Shown here in pieces: positions 58,650 to 64,000 of a stretch of 64,000 nucleotides of DNA; positions within the stretch are counted from its first letter, which is position 1; every line of letters starts with the position of its first letter. Origin of the DNA: Longimicrobiales bacterium (GTDB taxonomy: Bacteria > Gemmatimonadota > Gemmatimonadetes > Longimicrobiales > Gaopeijiaceae); the NCBI GenBank assembly GCA_965202805.1, contig OZ241869.1, positions 320,001-384,000 of the forward strand. The letters run 5' to 3'. The notes under the pieces are model-generated. The model had not been told where the DNA came from. It saw only the letters and a list, made by a program, of their open reading frames with translations, and did no database searches. A program made the position numbers and the translations under genes.

Positions 58650-61226
58650 TTACACTCTCCCCCGAAACAGCATCCCATTCAACCTTGCCTGCCACTCGTC
58701 CTCGTCCACGACCTCGAAGCGCATCACCTTGCTCCGCATCGCGGGCGCGAACTCGGCCCAATCGGCCTTGCGGGCATGTTCGCTGCAGATGTCGAAGACG
58801 GAGCGCTTGTACTCGGTGTCCTCCGCTTCCTTCAGGTGAACGCCCTTGGTTTCGACCACGAACACCTGGTGGAAGCCATCGTCCGCCCCGGCTTCGTCGT
58901 CCCTCAGCGCCACGACGAAATCCGCGTAGATCCGGCGCGGCTTCCAGCCCTGCACGAAATAGTCCTTGCGGGCGCGGTTGCGGTACCAGAAGAAGAGGCG
59001 CGCCTGCTGGTCCAGATAGGTCGCGACCTTGTTCTCGAACTGGTTGAGATCGTCCTCCGTGGTGACGTCGAAGAGGTTGCGCTGGTACGGACTGCCATCC
59101 TCCCGGTTGGCCCGCTTTGTCTTCGGAACCTCGATCTTCGCGGGAAGGCGATTGGATTGGAGATCCTCCGTAACGACCAGAAAACGCATCCGCCCCGACT
59201 CCAGGAGATTGCGGAAGACCTCGCGGGACAGGCGATCCCGTTCGCTCTCGAGGTGTCGGCGGAGTTCTTCTAGCACGAAGACGTGGTTGGCGGTGACGCG
59301 CTCGGCGGAGTAACGCTCAAGCAGGGCCTCGAAGGCGCGCCGGGCCAGATCGCGACCGCGCCACGGGTTGGGAACCAGGTCCAGGAGGTGGCTGGCGGCG
59401 AAGAAGTAGTCCACCGGTGGCCCGCCGTTGCCCGACTCGACATCGTCGGAGGCTTCGACGTTTCCGGTATCGCTGCCAATGCCCTCCGGCTCCAAGACCG
59501 GCCCCGCCTCGATCAGGTTCGTCCGTAGCAGCACATCTCCACCCCGCCTCTTGTCCAGCGTCAGATCGTCCAGCGCCGAGAGGTCGATGTCGTCCCAGGG
59601 CAGCCGCGAGAGAATGTCCGCCTCGTAGTGGACGAGACGCCAGCCGTCCACGTCCCGGATCATGAAGGCGGGAAGGACGAGATCGCGAACCGCCGCTTGA
59701 TACCGCTTCCGCTGCCGGGTGGCCAGCTTCTCCGTTGGGCGGGCCGGGCCGCCGTCGGAAACCACCCTGCCTTCGAGGCCCTGCAACCCCTCCAGCCCGA
59801 ACCCCTTCCTGACCTCCTTCAGCAGCTCGTTTCCCCGGCGGCTGAAGCAGAAGACGTAGCTCTCGTCAAGCAGGGGCACACCCGTCTTGCATGCGTAGGG
59901 CTGCCGCAGGATCCGGCCCACCAGCTGGGTGATACCGGTCTTCGACATCGGGTTGGTGAGGATGGTGAGAATGTAGGCGAACGGGCAGTCCCAGCCTTCC
60001 TGAAGCGCTTGCTTGGTGATGATGAATCGGATCGGGCAGTCGCGGGACATGAGACCGCCAACGTCGTCCACCTCCTTCAACTCGTCCTTCGCGCTCGTCT
60101 TGACCGCAACATGCTCCCGGCTGATTCCCGGGTGCTGGAGCAGGTATTCGCGCACGTCGTCGGTGTGGATGTACCCGGGCTTCCGCTGCTGCCTGCCGGT
60201 TCTCTCCACCTGGATTACACAGATGGGCCGGATGTACGTCCCGGACTCGGCTTCATGATGCCGCGCCGCGGCCTCCAGATGCTCCCGGTGTTCAACAGAC
60301 TCCAGCAGTGTGCCCCGCCAGTCACTGCTCGCCTTGTTCCGGATGTGCAGATCGAGCTTGATCATCTCCTCGTCGTTGAGTTCCCGGCCCAGGATCTCGA
60401 CCAGCACGTTGGCGCCCCTGGCCGGAGTGGCCGAAAGCTCGACGATCATGCACGGGTTGAACCCTTCGAGCGTCTTCTTCGCGTTGACGCTGTACGCCTT
60501 GTGTCCCTCGTCGAGGATGATCAGCGGCCGCAGCCACCGTACCGTATTCCCGAGGGAAGTCTTGATGTACCGGCCCCAGAAGCCTGCGGATTGCTCGAAA
60601 GTGTCCAGATTGGGGTTGTCCTCCAGCATTCCGGCATGCGCCGTGGGATCGTCGTCCGGAGGAAAGAACCGGTCGAAACCCCCGCTGTCGCGGAACATCC
60701 GGAGGGTGTCCTTCGTTTTCCGGTTCGCTGACGGGAGCATCAGCACAAGAACGCAGAGGTTCTCGGCGACATCGCGCGGGCCGAACGCCGCGGTCTTCTC
60801 GAAGATGCGCGTGCGCTGACCCGAAGACAGATCGAGTTGCTGGCGGTAGGGATGGTCGCGGTCCTTGAGCGCCCTGAGCGTCTGGTTGTAGATCTGCGTC
60901 GTGGGCACGATCCACAGCACCAGGCCGCGCCGACTCTGCCGGAAGTGCGCGTTGACGAGATCGATTACCCGCGTGGCGAGCAGCGTCTTGCCGCCACCGG
61001 TCGGGATCTTGAGGCAGAAGGCGGGAAAACGCTCGCCGAGTCCATTGCGACGGGAGTGGAACGGCCGCCCACGGACGGTCCTCCTCCACGCCTTTCCCAC
61101 CCAGTCCGTACCCCAGTTCGGATTGTGCCGTCGCGCCTCTTGGTCTTCAGCCCGCGACTTCGCCAACTCCGCGACGAAGCGGCGGACCGTAGCCAACGTC
61201 CGTTTCTGATATTCCTTAAGGATCAT
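58650..61226 (-). CDS. res: Type III restriction enzyme Res subunit (SF2 helicase plus C-terminal nuclease)
   Basis: MILKEYQ start overlapping mod stop (ATGA); IPTGGGKT, ILDEGH, ELSATP, ALQEGWDCP, QLVGRILRQP; ADF...VETKG nuclease motif. Confidence 0.9.
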   Translation of the reverse strand: MILKEYQKRTLATVRRFVAELAKSRAEDQEARRHNPNWGTDWVGKAWRRTVRGRPFHSRRNGLGERFPAFCLKIPTGGGKTLLATRVIDLVNAHFRQSRRGLVLWIVPTTQIYNQTLRALKDRDHPYRQQLDLSSGQRTRIFEKTAAFGPRDVAENLCVLVLMLPSANRKTKDTLRMFRDSGGFDRFFPPDDDPTAHAGMLEDNPNLDTFEQSAGFWGRYIKTSLGNTVRWLRPLIILDEGHKAYSVNAKKTLEGFNPCMIVELSATPARGANVLVEILGRELNDEEMIKLDLHIRNKASSDWRGTLLESVEHREHLEAAARHHEAESGTYIRPICVIQVERTGRQQRKPGYIHTDDVREYLLQHPGISREHVAVKTSAKDELKEVDDVGGLMSRDCPIRFIITKQALQEGWDCPFAYILTILTNPMSKTGITQLVGRILRQPYACKTGVPLLDESYVFCFSRRGNELLKEVRKGFGLEGLQGLEGRVVSDGGPARPTEKLATRQRKRYQAAVRDLVLPAFMIRDVDGWRLVHYEADILSRLPWDDIDLSALDDLTLDKRRGGDVLLRTNLIEAGPVLEPEGIGSDTGNVEASDDVESGNGGPPVDYFFAASHLLDLVPNPWRGRDLARRAFEALLERYSAERVTANHVFVLEELRRHLESERDRLSREVFRNLLESGRMRFLVVTEDLQSNRLPAKIEVPKTKRANREDGSPYQRNLFDVTTEDDLNQFENKVATYLDQQARLFFWYRNRARKDYFVQGWKPRRIYADFVVALRDDEAGADDGFHQVFVVETKGVHLKEAEDTEYKRSVFDICSEHARKADWAEFAPAMRSKVMRFEVVDEDEWQARLNGMLFRGRV

Positions 61227-62929
61227 CCTTCCAGCCTGTCGATCGCTTTGTAGATCTGGAACGGCAACTGCTGGAAGTCGATCCGGTACCGGTGAAGGAA
61301 ATCGCGGTCCAGGTACTTGGTCGGCGCGAAGACGAGCTTTCGCCTCGATCCGGCGGGAAGGGCGCGGGCCTCGGCCAGCGACAGCGCGAGACTCTTGAGC
61401 TTGTCGACATCCGGCTCGTAGAAGAGGAAGACATCGTGGGACGCCGTGCGCCCGATGAACCCGGTTCTCCGGTCGGTCTCGGACGGGTCGAACTCCTGCC
61501 CGGTCGCGGTGAAGAAGATGTAGGACGCGAGCTTCTCCCACGACGGCAGGTGGGAGCCGTCGAGGAGCGACTCCTGACGCATGGGACGCCCGAGCTCGAA
61601 GTAGCTGAAGGTGCCGCCGAGGCCGGTCTTGAGGGCGTCGTCCCTGGCGGTCGGAACCCCCTTGATGACGCGGCGGACGCGCTCGGCGGTGATGTTGTCC
61701 GCGTAGTCTTCACACTCGACGAGGATGAAGCGCCGGTTGCCACCGTCTTCCCGGTTCTGGGCGAGGACGGCGTGCGCCGTGGTGCCGGAACCGGCGAAGG
61801 AGTCGAGGACGATGGAGTCTCTATCGGTTGCGAAGGAAAGCAGGTCACCGATGAGTGTGGACGGCTTGGGGTTCTTGAAGATGCGACGGTTCTCTGGGAA
61901 GATCTCTCCGATTTCGTTTGCCCCGCGACGGGAGTCGATCCCTTGGATGATGCTACCCAGCTTCGCTTTATAGTCGTCGACGTATACCTTGAGCTCGATG
62001 ATCTTCGTCTCGTCCTTTCCAAACAGGACTCGCTCTTCTGACAGCAGTCGCTCCATCGTGGATGGCGGGAAGCGATAGCCCATCAGTGGCTGCCTGCATG
62101 GCTTGCCGGTCACCGGATGGAGCACGTCATAGCGGTAGCCCTCCCGGCCCGGGTTGTGGACGCTCTGGCTACCCGTGAAGACTCCCGCATCGTCGATGAA
62201 TTTGTAGCGATCCAACGGCTTGAGCTGCGCTCGATGTTCCTTTAGCCAGCGGGAGTACTCTCGCTGGCGCTTGGCCGGATCTGGATGCGAGTCGACAAGC
62301 TCGGCGCCAATGCGCTGAAGCGCCCCCTTCGGCCCGAAGGCCGCCGACTTCCACTGCTCCTCAAGCTCGTCCTTGTTGACGGCATAGCAGACGATGTACT
62401 CGTGCTCCGTGGCGATATTCGTCGGGTTGTTGTCGGTAGAGCCGTGCCAGATGATTTGCCCGACACGGTTCCGCTCTCCGAACACCTCGTCCATCAGACA
62501 GCGCAGGTGGTGCAGCTCGTTGTCGTCGATGGACACGAAGATCACGCCATCCTCTCGAAGCAGCTCGCGCAGCAGCTTCAGGCGCGGCATCAGCATGCAG
62601 GACCACTTGTCGTGGCGGGTCAGATCATCTCGGTCCACGACACGTCCCAGCCAAGCCCGCATGAGGGGCGAATTCACCTTGTCGTTGTACGCCCACCCCT
62701 CCTTGCCCGTGTTGTAGGGCGGGTCGATGTAGATGCACTTGACCTTGCCGTGATAGGTCGGCAGCAGCGACTTAAGGGCGGCCAGGTTGTCGCCGTGAAC
62801 GATCAGGTTGTCGCGCAGGCTGGCCTTCTCGCTCAGCCCCTTCTCGCGCACCGGCAGCAGTTCGTGGAAGGGTACGGCCAAGTGATGGTTCTCGACGAAG
62901 ACCTTCCCCTTGAATTGGAGCCGTGGCAA
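61223..62929 (-). CDS. mod: Type III restriction-modification Mod subunit (N6-adenine methyltransferase, beta class)
   Basis: GDNL, YIDPPYNTG (motif IV) before LDSFAGSGTT (motif I), with a central TRD. Confidence 0.92.
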   Translation of the reverse strand: MPRLQFKGKVFVENHHLAVPFHELLPVREKGLSEKASLRDNLIVHGDNLAALKSLLPTYHGKVKCIYIDPPYNTGKEGWAYNDKVNSPLMRAWLGRVVDRDDLTRHDKWSCMLMPRLKLLRELLREDGVIFVSIDDNELHHLRCLMDEVFGERNRVGQIIWHGSTDNNPTNIATEHEYIVCYAVNKDELEEQWKSAAFGPKGALQRIGAELVDSHPDPAKRQREYSRWLKEHRAQLKPLDRYKFIDDAGVFTGSQSVHNPGREGYRYDVLHPVTGKPCRQPLMGYRFPPSTMERLLSEERVLFGKDETKIIELKVYVDDYKAKLGSIIQGIDSRRGANEIGEIFPENRRIFKNPKPSTLIGDLLSFATDRDSIVLDSFAGSGTTAHAVLAQNREDGGNRRFILVECEDYADNITAERVRRVIKGVPTARDDALKTGLGGTFSYFELGRPMRQESLLDGSHLPSWEKLASYIFFTATGQEFDPSETDRRTGFIGRTASHDVFLFYEPDVDKLKSLALSLAEARALPAGSRRKLVFAPTKYLDRDFLHRYRIDFQQLPFQIYKAIDRLEG

Positions 62930-63469
62930 GGAGCTTCTCCTCTGGAAACGTTCAGGGTATCTTACGCGCCCCGCCCGCTGGTACCGGACGGATCTACTCC
63001 CTCCAAACTAACTCCCACGCCACGGTCGAGCAGGCCATCAGGCCATCGTGCGCGGCTAACGCCCCTACACGGAAGAGGCCGGCGCGATGGCTTGCCCCAA
63101 CCAGGCACGGTACCTGAAGACGCTCAGTGGCATGCAGCGGCGGGCGGTTTCGCCTGCTCAGGCGGGAGAGCCAGCCCACGAGGCGGTGCCGTCTTCTTCA
63201 GGGGTTGATGGACTGGTAAATACTGGTGTCTACCAGCGTTTACTGTCGATATGCTATCGCAACTCTGTCCTCCGTCGGCGCCTCTCGCCGGGTGCAGGGC
63301 AACGCCGCTCCTACAGGACTTGGCAGGCGAGCTTCGAGACTAAGCAGGCGGTCGCAGCCGGGGCGCTGGTACACCGGTCCTGGAAGCCGAGGATGCGTCG
63401 GGCGACTTCGTCCCATGCTCGTTCCCAGGAGTCAAAGCGAGCCGCAGAACAGCGGTCTCACAGACCGTT

Positions 63470-64000
63470 TCAAGAGGACAACTCATGCCTTGGGGCTCCC
63501 AGAGCCATGTTAACCGCGTCCCGGCCAGGCTGTTCGGTCTCCGCAAGACGTTTCAGAATCCCCTTGCGGCAAGCGCGCTGCGCGGCGGCGAGAGTGTCGC
63601 GGTTGGCCGGCGTATCCTTGACGTCTCCGGTGTGCACGGCTGCCGACCCGAAATCGTAAGCCTTCCCGAGCAGCTTGTAGTACCGGCGCCGCTCCTCGAA
63701 GTCGGCACCCAGGTGCCATGCACCCAAGAGCGCGAGGCGGAACCGTAATTCGCCTCTGCCCGGGGGCAGAAATAGTACCTCCAACGCGATCCGGAGATCG
63801 ATGTAGCGGTCAGCCAAGGTGGCGCCGGGACGCTTGGAGCTGATCCAACGCTTGATAGCCATGTCCACAGCCTTCGATGACTGCGCACGGGCATGACGCT
63901 GAACATCGATGTCACGGGCGGTTTCCAGATGTTCCTGCCGAAGAAGAACTGTATCGTCCCACGACGATTCATCGGTCGAGGCCCTATGGCTAGAGCCGTC
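63470..64000 (-). CDS. HEPN (ApeA-like) domain protein, 5'-truncated by the window edge
   Basis: Frame open to 64000; IDLRIALEVLF...ELRFRLAL.GAWHLG...YDFGSAAVH. Confidence 0.65.
   Translation of the reverse strand, partial: DGSSHRASTDESSWDDTVLLRQEHLETARDIDVQRHARAQSSKAVDMAIKRWISSKRPGATLADRYIDLRIALEVLFLPPGRGELRFRLALLGAWHLGADFEERRRYYKLLGKAYDFGSAAVHTGDVKDTPANRDTLAAAQRACRKGILKRLAETEQPGRDAVNMALGAPRHELSS

Larger units (their letters stand above)
52430..64000. mobile_element. Accessory/defence island (right end outside window)
   Basis: Visibly lower GC and relaxed codon bias, gene fragments, orphan ORFs, type III RM and HEPN-like gene; no integrase seen in the window. Confidence 0.55.

Overview
High-GC bacterial chromosome window; gene content suggests a diderm heterotroph, possibly Gemmatimonadota-like (inference only). 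1-13.8 kb is mostly housekeeping: a beta-propeller lipoprotein, an EgtC-like amidotransferase, a Ser/Thr dehydratase, a TonB-receptor-like barrel, trxC, argGH, aroF, a class I aldolase, rpiA, rpe and a TIGR01777 protein. 13.9-27 kb holds a complete quinohemoprotein amine dehydrogenase (QHNDH, CTQ cofactor) system, qhpG ... qhpA-D-C-B-F-E. It is preceded by an Ig/LVIVD beta-propeller protein and interrupted by FGE-fold, SRPBCC and RHH genes. Its gamma subunit has an extra Cys positioned for a possible fourth thioether crosslink. Next come an APC permease, a TonB receptor, a polyamine-type ABC transporter, an exported selenocysteine peroxiredoxin (in-frame UGA plus SECIS hairpin, split in the ORF track), gltBD, AKR/TIGR04076, an NhaC transporter, tRNA-Leu(TAA) and a Tat-signal MalY/PatB enzyme. 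From about 52.4 kb an accessory region of atypical composition carries gene relics, a structured leader RNA, a type III restriction-modification pair and a HEPN-like gene. Three 21-bp-period GACAA-core direct repeats lie upstream of amine/amino-acid genes. All assignments come from motif recognition by eye; no searches were run.
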